NCBI GenBank assembly: GCA_964016885.1
Contig: OZ024742.1
Span: 337,466,001-337,530,000, forward strand
DNA: 64,000 nucleotides
Direction of reading: 5' to 3'
From: Eledone cirrhosa
Taxonomy: Eukaryota
Shown: positions 25,920 to 39,058 of the stretch, piece by piece
Layout: each line of letters starts with the position of its first letter
How positions within the stretch are numbered: position 1 is the stretch's first letter
Notes under the pieces: model-generated
What the model saw: the letters and a program-made list of their open reading frames with translations, nothing else
Told to the model about the DNA's origin: nothing
Databases searched by the model: none
Made by a program: the position numbers and the translations under genes

Positions 25920-27163
25920 CCCAACTCCAGCTGCTGTGATCAGCTTATCGAGTTCCTTGAAGACATTACCCAGATCACTGACAGCGGCTCATAGGTGGAT
26001 GTTGTTTACCTTGACTTCACTAAGGCTTTTAATTCTGTGCCACACAAAAGACTTATCGTGAAACTCTCTGCAATGGGTGTGAGGGATGATCTTTTTAACT
26101 GGTTGATATCCTTCATTCTTAGCCAAAAAGAGGTAGTCACAGTTCTAGGACAGCATTCCTCACCGATCCCCTTTTGTTTGTTGCATACATTAATGACATA
26201 GATGCCAACTTAAAGAATGCCACAGTACTGAAATATGAAGATGACATCAAGCTGTACCTTGAAATCAAAAGGACAGATCCTGAAATCTATAACTCTTTCT
26301 TACAATCAGACCTGGACACAATGCAGCAATGGATCACAGACTGGCAACTGAAGCTGGCTGTGGACAAGTGTACCACCATGCATTTTGGAAGGAAAAATCT
26401 AGCGTCCACATACTCCCTCCACAACACTGATATCAAGAAGTCCTCTTGTGAACGTGACCTGGGCATTACTGTCAGCAGCGATTTGCATTGGACAAAGTAC
26501 ATCTCTAAAATTATCAAGAAAGCCGAGGGTGTCTTGGCATCACTCAGCAAGACCTTTGTTAGCCGCTCTCCAGCCATCTATTTAAAGCTGTATACAGCTA
26601 TGGTACAACCACACTTGGAATTCGCATCATCAGTCTGGAACCCCTATCTTGCTCAGAACATTGACCTGGAAACTGTTCAGAGACGTGCAACCAAGCGCAT
26701 ACCCTCCATCAGACACTTACCATACTCTGAACGCCTTGCTTCCCTGGGCATGGATTCATTGAAGCTCCGACGTCTGGCAATGGACTTGGTAAACACCCAC
26801 AAAGTTATTAACCATCTCGCCAACAACAACCCTGAGCACCTTTTTGATCTCCATGTGTCTAACACACGTGGACATACCTACAAAGACAGAAAACAGCACA
26901 GCTCCCATGACTTTCGGAAACATTTTTTCACGCTGAAGCATGGAATAAACTGCCTGCGTCAGTTGTTAGCTGCTGAGACACTGCATCCTTTAAAACCCTC
27001 ATGCTTCCCGAAATTCGCCAAAACTACACCTGATGTCCCTCTTCCATACACATGCACTGTTCATTTTCCTGACGTTTGTACATTACCCTATGTACTATAC
27101 ATACACTTTTGATGAGTTGTAGTGCACCTGAGCACTGTACACAATATTTTCATTATTATTATT
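25920..27163 (+). mobile_element. CR1/L2-type LINE, 5'-truncated, with an internal deletion around the PQG motif
   Basis: YLDFTKAF, YEDD and a (TTA)n tail. The GVPQGSV segment is missing. Confidence 0.92.
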
Positions 27164-27798
27164 ATGTTATACATTTTTAAAAATATTCATTTCACTATAC
27201 ATATATACATGTTGGCATCACAAAACATCCAGCCCCCATTATAAAGTAGTCGGTTTGGTGCCATGACAAAAAGCACCCAGCCCACACTGTAAATGTGGGT
27301 AGCATTAGGAAGGGCATCCAGCCAGAAACAGTCCTATATGAGCAAGACCCAACTTGCCTCAAATGGGACAAACCCATACTAGCGTGAAAGATAGATGATT
27401 GATATATATCACAACAAAAAGCAGTCCACACTGTAAAGTGGTCGTGTAGGCATCACGACAAAAAGTACCCAGTACTCACTGTAAATGAGGTTGGCTTTCA
27501 GAAAGGCATCCAACTGTAGAAACCAGGCCAAAATCAGTTCTATATGAGCAAGACATGGTCACCTGACCTAGCATTGCCCACAACAGGACAACTTGTCTAA
27601 TCCATGCTATCATGGAACGTAAAACGGTGATGTATATATAACTAAAAATTTCATATTGTTTCTTTGCCAGATTCTATATTAAAAAGTTCTATTACATTCT
27701 CAAAATGAACACTATATTATAAAGGTCATATTTAAATTAAAATCTTCCAATATAATTTTTATATCGGAATCATATCTTACTAATGAAATATTTAATTG

Positions 27799-28128
27799 GA
27801 GGCACATGGCTTAGTGGTTAGAGCATTGGCCTTGCAATCGAAAGGTTGTGAGTTCAATTCTCAGACCGGGTGATGTGTTGTTTCCTTGAGCAAGACACTT
27901 TATTTCACATTGCTCCAGTTTACTCAGCTGTAGAAATGAGATGATAGAGACTGGGGTCCCTATCATTCCACTGCAAAGTGGTCGTGGGGGTGCCACGGCA
28001 AAAAAACACCCAGCACTCACTGTAAATGAGGTTGGTGTTAGGAAGGGCATCCAGCTGTAGAAATCAAGCCAGAATCAGTTCCTGTCCCACCCTTGCAAGC
28101 AGGGAAAAAGCGGACGTAAAATGATGAT
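27799..28128 (+). mobile_element. tRNA-headed SINE with an RTE-derived 3' tail
   Basis: A box TGGCTTAGTGG, B box GAGTTCAATTC. The 3' part matches the RTE 3' UTR. Confidence 0.85.
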
Positions 28129-30881
28129 AAAATCCATTGAACTTCAATAATTAATTGAAATGGGTGTATTTTGTTAGAAATAGTCATAAAGTGGTTAAAC
28201 AAGCAAATATCAACATTTCAGACCTCTCTCAGTCACACCGGAATATCAATCTGGGCTACAAATGATTGAAAACAAATATATATATAAAAATCAATTTATT
28301 ATATACAACTTAAGACATTAAATCTTTGGTAATTTATATCCATGATGGAGTTTCTATGTTGAAATCCTGTCACAGATCACATCAAACAAATAAGAGCATT
28401 AAGACGCCATCTACAAATAAATATGAAAATCACATCCACTTTGTAAGTAAGTAGTGATGATGTAGTTAGGGTTCAAGCTCATATCACCTCACATTGTCAA
28501 GTGTCTTCTACCATAGCTTCAAGTCAATTAAGCTTTATCAGTGAAATCTAGTAGACTGGAACTATACAGAGAATCATTGAGTGGTAAACTTAATTCATTG
28601 CCTGATTTAACACCACCACCAACTAGGACTTGGGTGGCTTTATTGGAGTTCATTCTGTTGCAAGTATTTAGGTGAAGTCTCTGGCTTCAGGTTAACGTCC
28701 TCCTTTCTTCCACCAGTCTTGGAAGCATTGAAACATTTTTAAAATGATGGATGCTGTCTCTCCCTCCTTAACTGAATAGAAAACTCAACATCTTGTAGTG
28801 ATTTAATAGAAAATATATAAAAACAGCTTTGTTAATTCAAATGTTTATAGTGTCTTTAATGGTGAAAATTTGCAGTAAACTAAAATAAAGACTAACTTTT
28901 AATGTGACGCAGTCCTAGTGCTGTTTTGTACTTTTCAAGAATGTTGTTAGTGTGTTTTGAATGTTAATTCAAATGTTTATAGTATCTTTACTAGCAAACA
29001 AAATGTTCTGAAGTTTGTTGTATTAGAGTAAAAACCTCACTTTTTAATGTGATGTGGTCCTAGTACTGTTTTGTACTTTTCAACAATGTCTTGCTAATGC
29101 AATTTTATGTGGTCCATGATGTTATGGGTTAAAAGATACACACTACTCCCAGACTCATAATTTTGCATATCTAAAGATAACCTGTAGCAGGTGTTAATTC
29201 CTCACACAGGGCAAATACTCTACTAAATACAAGGTTATAGTGATATAACACTTGCTAAGTAGTCATTCTTATTTAAATTAATCCTCATTGGAAAATATCA
29301 TCATCATCATTTTACGTCCGCTTTTCCCTGCTTGCAAGGGTGGGACGGGAACTGATTCTGGCTTGATTCCTACAGCTGGATGCCCTTTCTAACACCAACC
29401 TCATTTACAGTGAGTGCTGGGTGCTTTTTTTTCCATGGCGCCTACATGTCCACTTTACCTAATTGTTGAAATTGAATTAACCCCAATATTTTACTGGTAT
29501 GCAATATGGTTGATAACTTGGCCTAAATCACAAAGTCTATCCTTGAAACATAGAAAGACGAAGCACCAAAACAGATGATTTAAAGTGTAAAATTAGTTTT
29601 CTGGTATTGTACAGTTTATCATTAATATTTTTTTGTTTGTTTTACCATTTAATCAGAAGAGGAAGAACAGCAACCATATTTGTTTTCAGTGCTCCTGAGA
29701 CTGAAAGGTAGGAAATTATCTACAAATTGGAGAAAGTAAGAAAATTATCTACAAATTGGAGACCTGACCCAAATAGAATGAACTCTGCAAAGGGCACATG
29801 GTTCTCATGTGGTGGTGGTGATGGTGTTTAACCAGGTGATGGATTAAATCTACCACAGAAAAATAGGAATAGTCTCTTCAACAGGCTTCCACATAGTTAC
29901 TGTCTACCCTATTTCACTTGCAAAGCTATGAGTAGAAAACACTCGCTCAAAGTGCCACACATTGAAATTAAAACCTGAAACCATATAAACTTCTTTAACC
30001 AGACAGTCCTGCTTGCAAAAACTGTAGTTTCTGCCAACAATACTGTTTGTTGTCCATTTTATCCTTTTACATGGTTTACAATGTAATATTTCTTTTTAGA
30101 CCATATAAATTAGAGAGAATATCTCCCCACCCTTATTACCTTTTATCACACTACCTTCTCTTCCATTATGGCACATATGTAATAAGAGATGGCATTAGAT
30201 TTATTTATTCAATTTCCCTTACCATCACTCTTTAGAAACCATGACAAAATAAAACAGAAACAAGATAAGGTGCTCTGACTCATCCAAAAGGGCAGTAACT
30301 CAGATTAAATACTGATTTCACCATTAATAACTTGTCCAACCCATGTCAGCATGGAAAGCAGATATAAATGAAGATGATGATGATGATGATGATATTGTGG
30401 CGATATTGATATGAGAAGCCAAGATGAGGAATAGCCAGAAATCAAATGTCTACAGTGTGTAATACATCATGGGGACTATATAAATATAAAAATTAAATGC
30501 AATGAAAAATAAATTAAAATTAGCAAAGAAAATATGTTTCCTTTGGTCTTTCTATAGCTGATACTATCTGCCAGTTGCAACTCCTGGCAGAAGGAGGTAG
30601 GATTTGAACTCAGAACGTACAATACCAGATCAGATACTGCAAAACACCCTGTCAGACTCTTTAACAATTCTGAAAATCCACTGCCTCTGGACTGGTACTT
30701 TATCGACCTTGAAAGGATGAAAGGCAAAGTTGAACTCAGAGCACAGTAGATGAGAACAAATATTGCTGTATTTAATCCAACACCCTAACCCTAACAATTC
30801 TGCCAAGTTGTCAATAAATAGACTGGTTAAATTAAAAGATACCAGCATGATTTAAATTAATTAAAATGTTTCCTAAATGAA

Positions 30882-31088
30882 TTAATCTAAATGTGTTTGT
30901 ATAGACGGCTGAAAGATCTTCAAGTGGTTGTAAAAATTTAAGACATCAGGATCTGCACGAACACAAGAGCGGTCAAAATCCAGAACTCGTAAACCTTTCA
31001 ATGATTTGGCTCGAGACAGAGCAACGTAGGCCTGACCAGCTTCAAAGACACGCGACAAAGAAATTTCCACAAAATCAAGTGTCATACC
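30882..31088 (-). CDS. PIF1: PIF1 helicase terminal exon ([38 protein letters not shown]...THLD*)
   Basis: ctctctttcag acceptor. GMTLD and GQAYVALSR (motif VI) are present, and the stop is at 30882. Confidence 0.95.
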   Translation of the reverse strand, partial: GMTLDFVEISLSRVFEAGQAYVALSRAKSLKGLRVLDFDRSCVRADPDVLNFYNHLKIFQPSIQTHLD

Positions 31089-31842
31089 CTGAAAGAGAGA
31101 AGATAATATTAGTAATGATGATGATGATTTATTGGTCATGGGACTGGAATTACTAAGGGCAATACAAATAATCAAAACAATGGGTGTGGGCACCATCCAG
31201 AGGTAATTAAACAACCTCACAGACCCAACGCTGTGCCCCAGCATAATGTCTGAAACCAGTAAAATAATAGAAGTATATATATATAATATTGTTTATCCTA
31301 CTGATATGGTAACTAAAACTTCTTTGCTCTGCAAACTATCTGATATGGAATAAAGCATCCAGGTATTTGAACAGAACTGCTTTAGAAAGTTGTTACACAT
31401 CTTGTACACAGAGAAGAGGACAAACAGCTTTGACAGGCAGCAAGTCAACAAATATACAATAGAGAAAGGACAAAAGCTCGCCTGATACGAACATGTATCC
31501 TGCCACAACCCTCAGTCCAAAACTTTTCTCCAGGAAAAGCAAAGGGGTAGGCAAAGAAAATCCTGGTCTAAGAACAGGACAGGTCACAACACTATGGCCC
31601 TTCTATCCATAATGAAGGACAGAGACCAGAGGTGACGGTTGACTGCCAAAACGTCTGAAGTATTAGGTTGTTCTGAAAATAATGGCCACCCGAAGTATTG
31701 TGTTTTGAAACGCAATTTTATCATAGTATTTTAATTATATTTTAGGTGAATTTCGACATACTTAATAATTGATGTATGCTCTTTAATAATTTTATACTTA
31801 TTTCAGACAGAAAACATTCTTGAAGCATAGGCGCCCTTAATT

Positions 31843-32260
31843 ATGAACATGACAAAAAAGGACCTTCGCTTACTTTTCTTGCATGAGTTCATTCTTGGGC
31901 ACAATGCCTCCCAAACAGCTGCCAATATCAACAGAGCATGGGGAGAGGGGTCCACAAGTGATCGCACAGTACGAGAGCCTTGAAGATGAAGAAGGTAGAG
32001 GACGGTCATGCAGTCTTGACAATGAACAATTGAAAGCAATTGTTGAACAAAACCTATGTCAAGGTGTCAGAGAAATGTCTCAGGCACTTGGTATCGGTAT
32101 TGCAACGGTTTCATGCCCTCTGCAGAAGGTTGGTAAAGTGAAAAGGCTTGATAAATGGGTACCGCATGAGCTCAATGAAAATCAAAAAGTTCGGCGTTTT
32201 GAAGTGTGCTCAATGCTCTTTCTGCGAAACACCAATGATCCTTTTCTTGACCGAATAGTC
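31843..32260 (+). pseudogene. Mariner transposase N-terminal remnant (frameshifted, DDD domain lost)
   Basis: MNMTKKDLRLLFLHEFILGHNASQTAANINRAWG...SLEDEEGRGR...KWVPHEL...NDPFLDRIV. WVPHEL is the mariner hallmark. Confidence 0.9.
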
Positions 32261-32292
32261 AATAGGCAGAGATGCATTGATTGTTCACGGCT

Positions 32293-35200
32293 CATCATCA
32301 TCATCACCGTTTTACGTCCGTTCTTCCATGCTAGCATGGGTTAGACGGGTTGTCCTGTTGTGGGCAGTGTCTGGTCGGCTGACCATGCCTTGCTCATACA
32401 GGAACTGATTTGGCTTGATTTCTACAGCTGGATGCCCTTCTTAACACCAACCTCATTTACAGTGAGTGGTGGGTGCTTTTTCGTGGCGCCTACACGTCCA
32501 CTTTACAGTGTGGGCTGGGTGCTTTTTTGCCGTGGCACCTCCACGACCACCTTGCAGTGGGAGGGTGTGGGGGCATATTGTCTATATGCTTGAGCTTGTA
32601 CCCATAGGAGGTTGGGTACTCTGTATTACTGCGTGACGCCAGAGGTCACGGTCGTGTGTCATTGACTTTGAGAGGTGTAATTGGGTAAGGTCGGCCTTTA
32701 TCACCTCATCCCAGGTCATCTTGGGTCTCCCCAATCCGCGGTTTCCATCGACTTCTAGTGCTCTGCACCTTTTAATGCAGCTGTCATCCTTCATACGCAT
32801 CACATGTCCATACCAACGCATCCGCCTCTCCTGCACACAGCATTTGATTCCTCTTATGCTCAGTCTCTCTCTCAATTCATTTATGCTTTGTCGTTCGCGT
32901 ATATTACTATTACACATCCATCGGAGCATGCAGGCTTCGTTTCTCTCTAATCTACGCAAGTCTTCCACCTTCAGTGCCCAGATCTCACTACCATGTAACA
33001 TTGCTGTTCGTATACACGCATCATACAGTCTGCCTTTCATTTTGAGGGAGAAGCCTTTTGCAGCTAGCAGTGGTAGTAGTTCTCTGAACTTCTTCCATTC
33101 CGTTCTTACCCTAGTTGTTGTACTTTTTGAAAACCCACCTCCGCTGCTAATTCAGTCACCTAGGTAGCAGAAGTTGTCTACTGTCTCTACAGAGCCCTCC
33201 CAGAGATTGGTGGTACTTGTTTCCTGTGGCTGTTTGCTGCTTGTTGTCCCAGTACAGCTGCTGCATGTGAAGCCTACATTCTTAATTAAGCTTCCTGAGA
33301 TCCCGCTACATCTCTTGTGTACCCATTGTTTGCATTTGGGGCAGAGAATGGAATTCCTACCTACACCTTTCCTACATACTGAGCAAGGCCATTTCCCTGA
33401 GGGGATCTGGGTTCCGTTTTCTCGTCTACTTACAAGGACCTTAGTCTTTATCATGTTGACTTTGAGACCCTTTCTTTTTAGTCCCTGCTTCCAAGTTTGG
33501 AATTTCTTCTCTATTCTACCATAGATTCAGCTATAAGTGCGAGGTCATCTGCATACAGGAGTTCCCATGGGCATCCGGTCTTAAACTCCTCCGTTATTGC
33601 GCCTCCAGGACTATGATGAACAGGAGAGGGCTAAGAACAGAGCCCTGGTGGACCCCAACCTGTACGCTATACTCATTGCTAATCCTAACTTTGCTGACTG
33701 CTCCCCTATACATGGCTTGTACAGCTTTCACAAGCCATTCATCTACTCCTAGTTTTCTAAGAGCCCACCAGATTACAGCACGTGGAACTCTGTCAAAGGC
33801 TTTCTCGAGATCGACGAATGCCAGGTAGAGTGGCTTATTTTTAGCTAGGTACTTTTCCTGTAACTGCCTCACAAGGAAGAGGGCATCAGTGGTGCCTCTT
33901 CCTGGTACAAACCCAAATTGCATCTCATCTAGTTTCACCCGGTCCCTAATCAACTGTGCTATAACTCTTTCTGTTACTTTCATGACCTGGTCCATCAGCT
34001 TTATACCTCTATAGTTTCCTCTATCGAGTGCATCATCTTTACCTTTGTAGCAGTTGACAATGATGCTACTGCACCATTCTTTTAGTATGATACCTTCTAG
34101 TATTACCTGGTTAACAATACGTGTGGTTATAGTGTGACCTACAGACCCAGATGCCTTCAGCATCTCGGCAGCTATAGCCGATGGACCGGTTGCCTTCATA
34201 TCTTTGATTGCCTTACTTACTACGCTGCTGCTGACTTGTACTGCTGGCCCCTCTATAGGGTCTCTTCTTCCCATGCATTCTCCTCATTTAGTAATCTATC
34301 ATAATGACTATTCCATGCATCTTTCTTCTCAGCACTTGTGAGGGCAAGCTCACCTTTATCATTCCGGATACACTTCTCTCCAATGACATCACAATTCTCT
34401 CTGACACACTGCCTCGCAATCTTGAACACCTCCTGTTTCTGGTCCTCACGTTGCAAAACATGCTTGAATTTTCTATCCTCTGCTTCCCTCCTAGCTAAGT
34501 ATACTTGTCGCCTAGCTTCCCTCTTGGTCTCTATGTAATGTACCCCCCCCCCCGTTTTTCTATTCTTTCCATGCCTGTCTCTTGGCCTTAACTGCCTCAT
34601 CTACCTTATTGTTCCACCACCAAGTCACTCTCCTCCTGCTTGTGGTCTTACTCCAGCCACAGACCTCATCTGTCACCTCTAGTAAGTTATTTTTTAGGAA
34701 CTCCCAGTGCTCTTCTACATTGAATGTCTCTAGCTGTTCTTCTTTACTGTCGTAAGCGTTGAGTAAAATATCTTTAAATCTGTTACTGGCTGAGGGGTCT
34801 TTCAGCTTCCAGATCTTTCTTCTCCAGGTTGGCCTCTGTTTCCAGGTTCGTCTAGTTCTGACTGTGAGGTCGCTGACAACTAAGCTATGTTGGGAGGTAC
34901 ATTGCTCACTAGGGAAGGCTAGTGTGTTTACGACCGTCCATCTGTCACGTCCTCTGATGAGGATAAAATCTATCTGACTAGAATGCTCCCCCTGATCTAT
35001 AAGTGATCAGGTGGTTGTCGGGTTTTTTGAAGTTTGTGTTACATATCGACATGTCATTGGCGTTGCAGAATTCTAGAAGTCTGAATCCTTCTTCATTTCT
35101 TGTGCCAACCCCATGGCCTCCATGGACTCTATTGAAGCCGTCACAGTGTTTACCTACGTGTCTGTTAAAATCTCCTGCGATGATTAGGAAGTCATTGTCG

Positions 35201-35436
35201 TTTGTTAGAGCAGTAGTGTGCATTAGGGACTCATAAAATCTATCCTTAAGTTCGTCTGACAACCCCGATTGGGGTGCGTAAGCTGATATTATTGTGCTAA
35301 TTGTTTTATTCAGGACTAGTCTGAGTTTAATGATTCTTGCATTACCCTGTACACTGAGATTACTTTATCTACCCACTTGTCAGCTAGTAGTATACCTACA
35401 CCACCCATCCCATCGTCATTTCCCACCCAGAAAAAT
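32293..35436 (-). mobile_element. Near-full-length RTE-clade LINE (APE endonuclease, RT, PHD-like insert), disrupted by frameshifts and stops
   Basis: Motifs SAYAPQ, IIAGDFN, NYRGIKL, FVDLEKAFD, GVHQGSVLSP, LLYADDL and GRPKMTW. (CAT)n tail at 32293. Confidence 0.95.
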
Positions 35437-35599
35437 ACTTTGATTAATCAAAACATTTCTGTTAATTTTTCCAGAATAAAATTATGTTTCTGAAATCGGC
35501 CATTATTTTCGGAACAACCTAATAGTATACAAATAACTGGCTGCACCAATTATAGAAAAATGATGGTGACCTGGCTCTTTACCCGACACCTCATGATGA

Positions 35600-36056
35600 A
35601 GGTGATATGAACCCTTTACTGTGGAATATATCTAAATAGGGGCAGACCATGATGGAGGTGATCTGGGCCTTTTACTGTGGAATATATATAAACAAGGGCA
35701 GAGAATATTGGGGGTGGGGGGTGATCCGGCCCCTTTACTCATCGTCATCATTATTTAACATCTGCCTCCCCTGTTAGCAAGGGTTCGACAGGTCATCGCA
35801 AACTGATTCAGTATTGAAGCAAGGCTACTGACCTCCCAGACAGGTCATGGGGTTTGCATCTCACATACGATCCCACATTCTACCGTGTGTATTTTATCAT
35901 GGTACTGGCACTAGAGAAGTTGTCATGTCTTTGACACAACTGAAAAGTTGCGGAATATATCTAAAAGGAACATCTTATGATGGGGAAGATCTGGGCCCTT
36001 TACTGTAGAATATATGTAAACATGAGCACACCTATGAGGCTGGTGATCTGGACTCT
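35600..36056. repeat. Degenerate repeat of about 60-65 bp (gatctgggccctttactgtggaatatat), interrupted by a retroposon fragment
   Basis: The motif recurs near 35612, 35660, 35723, 35988 and 36044. Confidence 0.6.
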
Positions 36057-36708
36057 TAATTAATCCATAACTACACCTCATCATTTCACACCTGCCTTCC
36101 ATACATGGATTGGTCAGGTCATTACAGTTAGAGTCAGTTCCTATTTGGAGTTACTTACCTCACTTGTATGTTTTATTTTGGCATGTTATCATCATCATCG
36201 TTTAACATCTATTTTCCATTCTTGCTTTGGTTAAACAGATCCTCATGTAATGAGACAAGTTGGGTCAATGGATTGTGTCATGCTCATCATCATCATCTTT
36301 GTTTAACGTCCAGCTTCCACATGGCTGGATGCCCTCCTTAATACCAACCACATTACAGTATGGACTGAATGTTTTTTCTTGTGGTACCAAAATGACCATC
36401 TAACAGAATGGACTGGGTGGTCTTTCGAATGTCATCAACACGATCACCTTACAGAGTGGACTGGGCGCTTTTTATCATATCACCACATTACAGGTTGGAC
36501 TGGGCACTTCTTTGGTTTCTATAGCTGAATGCCCTTCCTAACACCAACTACTTTACATATTCTCAGCAAGTCTAAAGAGTCTTCTCTACCCTACATTAAC
36601 TCTGCTCATTCACCATCCACTTTAGAGATGTACTGGGTGTATTTTAATCATGACACTACTTCTTGTATCCATCCCATGCTAATTCAGGAAATGAAACAAC
36701 TGAGTAGA

Positions 36709-37034
36709 TCATCATCATTCATCATTTCATTTTACGTCCACTTTTCCCTGCTTGCAAGGGTGGGACGGGAACTGATTCTGGCTTGATTTCTACAGCTGGA
36801 TGCCCTTCCTAACACCAACCTCATTTACAGTGAGTGCTGGGTGCTTTTTTGCCGTGGCACCTCCACGAATGATAGGGATCTCAGTCCCTATCATCTCATT
36901 TCTACAGCTGAGTAAACTGGAGCAACGTGAAATAAAGTGTCTTGCTCAAGGAAACAACACATCACCCGGTCTGAGAATTGAACTCACAACCTTTCGATTG
37001 CAAAGCCAATGCTCTAACCACTAAGCCATGTGCC
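36709..37034 (-). mobile_element. tRNA-headed SINE with an RTE tail, inverted near-copy of 27799-28128
   Basis: Direct reverse-complement similarity. Confidence 0.85.
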
Positions 37035-37289
37035 TTCACTAGATATTGTTTTGATTTTATTTCTGGTGTTTCATTGTGTATTTCAGCACAAGTCTAAATT
37101 TTAAGTTGCCTCACTCTTTGATTCTGATTGACAAAAATAGATCCCATTCCAAATTTATAATTGAGTGGCTACAGGTAAGAACATTCAGCTATAGAAACAA
37201 TTGCTCAAATATCTAATAATGGAAAATTAGATAAAAACAACACACAACAAGGGTTTTACGTCCATTTTCCATGTTAAAACAAGAGTTAA

Positions 37290-37497
37290 CCTTTTAGCAA
37301 TTTACATTATTCTATATATACTATTGTATTTTCATAGTAAAGGCTTTATCTCACATAATATCGAATCTACGAGATTTTTATGATATTTATGTTGAGAACA
37401 ATACTTAATGTAGGTATAAGCGGCAGGTCATGGCCCGTTTGAACAGAGAGAAGTGAGAGAGTTCTGACTGGATACTGCCGGTTTAAATGCTAAAGGG
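37290..37497. mobile_element. TTAA-flanked MITE, second copy (inverted relative to 22394-22598)
   Basis: TTAA-CCTTTTAGCAATTT ... AAATGCTAAAGGG-TTAA. Confidence 0.8.
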
Positions 37498-37649
37498 TTA
37501 ATCTTTCATGTCTATGATAGACTTCATATTCACTATCTTTTTGAAGCAATGGTTTACAGCTAGATGTCCTTTCTAGTGCCAACCCTTTTAGTTGAACTTT
37601 ATAGCATGCAGGGATAATAAGATGAAAAACAATACAAAAGGTCACATAC

Positions 37650-37792
37650 CTGACTTTTATGAATAGAAATAGCCCAGGCCAGTTTTATAGGTAACTGCTT
37701 CCACACACTCACAACTGAACTAGACTTGACCACCCAACGTAATGGTCTGATACATTCTACTGTTCCGGAGAGAAACTTGACATGAGGCCAAC
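37650..37792 (-). CDS. PIF1: PIF1 helicase exon (WPHVKFLSGTVECIRPLRWVVKSSSVVSVWKQLPIKLAWAISIHKSQ)
   Basis: Canonical AG/GT. QLPxxLAWAxSIHKSQ is SF1B helicase motif V of the PIF1 family. Confidence 0.95.
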
Positions 37793-38625
37793 CTGTGAAA
37801 TATAGTAAAACAGTAAAATAGTAAAATTATAACAGTTTCTATTATAGATAACTGGATTGTGTCCCACTATCCCAGGTTTTAGAAAAGATACACAATATCT
37901 ATGTGTTGTAAGAGGCAACTGAAAGGGTGAGTGTCAGGAAGGGGGCATCCAGTTGTAACAAAAAACTACCTCATAAAGTCCCATCCAACCCATGACAGGA
38001 ACTATTATGAACATTTGCACATTCACCTCCCTATGCTGGCATCAGTTGAATGGAACCTTGTTAAAACAGTTTTTCTGTAGCTATATGCCATTCCTGATGC
38101 CAACCCATACTTTAATTTCAAGCATGGTATGTACTACTGACCTAAGTTAAACCACTAAACTATAGCACTGAAAAAAACATCAGTGCTTGATTTAAATGTT
38201 GATAAGAACACACACGCATAGACAGATAGACACAGACACTTACGCACAGAAATATGCACAAACACAGAGATATTTATAAAGTATTATTTCAGAGCAGAGA
38301 TTAGGGAAAATTGTAAGAGCATCAGACAGAATGTCTTGTGGTATCAGTGCATTGAATTCAAATCTCGACTCCTATCACTGGAAAAAAAGTGTGACATGAA
38401 ATAAAACTGGAATTTCTAATATTAAAACAGCCAAGTAACCTCCTACAAGATTCAACTGGAAGGATAGCTAAGCCTTTAAAGGTGGGAACTGTAATAAACA
38501 ACATCTTTGGTTCTTGGTATGTTGACCTTCAGGCCTTTCAATTAAACCTTATTCTTCCAAAGTTGAAACTTGGTCTACTACACGTTGGCATGTTCTACAA
38601 TAACGACCATTGCCTTTCAATTTAT

Positions 38626-39058
38626 TTAACCCTTTTAATACCAAACCTTCTATAATATGAAGCTGTTTATATTTATCTAAAATCTCCCAACATAATTTTA
38701 TGTAAGAAATTTGGTTAAGTTATGTTCCAAACACCAGCATAATATCTTGAAAGTTATTTTACTAAATAACCTCAAAATTTTTGATTATTTTCAAAATTAT
38801 TTCAAAGTATTTCAAAATTAATAGACAGTGTCTTTCATTAGAAATATGGTAACAAATGGGTTAAAATATTTATATTCATCTAAAAACCTGCCAGCATAAT
38901 TTTATGTAAGAACCTTTGTTAAGTTATGTTCCAAACACCAGTTAAATAACAAGAAAGTTAGTTATCTTACTAAATCTCCCCAAATTCTCAATTATTTTCA
39001 AAATTATTTGAATATCATAGACAGTCTTTCATTAGAAATATGGCAACAAAGGAGTTAA
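38626..39058. mobile_element. TTAA-type MITE with a partial tandem duplication
   Basis: TTAA-CCCTTTTAATACCA ... TGGTAACAAATGGG-TTAA at about 38864. A block of about 195 bp is repeated to about 39058. Confidence 0.6.

Larger units (their letters stand above)
31663..35522 (+). mobile_element. Internally deleted Tc1/mariner transposon (Hsmar1/cecropia-like), interrupted by an RTE LINE, in the last PIF1 intron
   Basis: TIRs TTAGGTTGTTCTGAAAATAATGGCC / GGCCATTATTTTCGGAACAACCTAA with TA TSDs. Confidence 0.9.

Noticed and set aside
27799-27875. tRNA gene
   Set aside because: It is the A/B-box head of a SINE, followed by a SINE body and RTE tail, and it is multicopy.
28828-29090. Direct duplication of about 130 bp
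   Set aside because: An ordinary diverged local tandem duplication with no functional signal.
30782-30795. Telomeric CCCTAACCCTAAC or telomerase RNA template in the PIF1 3' UTR
   Set aside because: Only about two units, inside a degenerate SINE, with no supporting pseudoknot or H/ACA structure seen.
31089-31244. N-terminal part of the 120-aa ORF 30882-31244
   Set aside because: Intronic read-through. Homology begins at the splice acceptor (31088).
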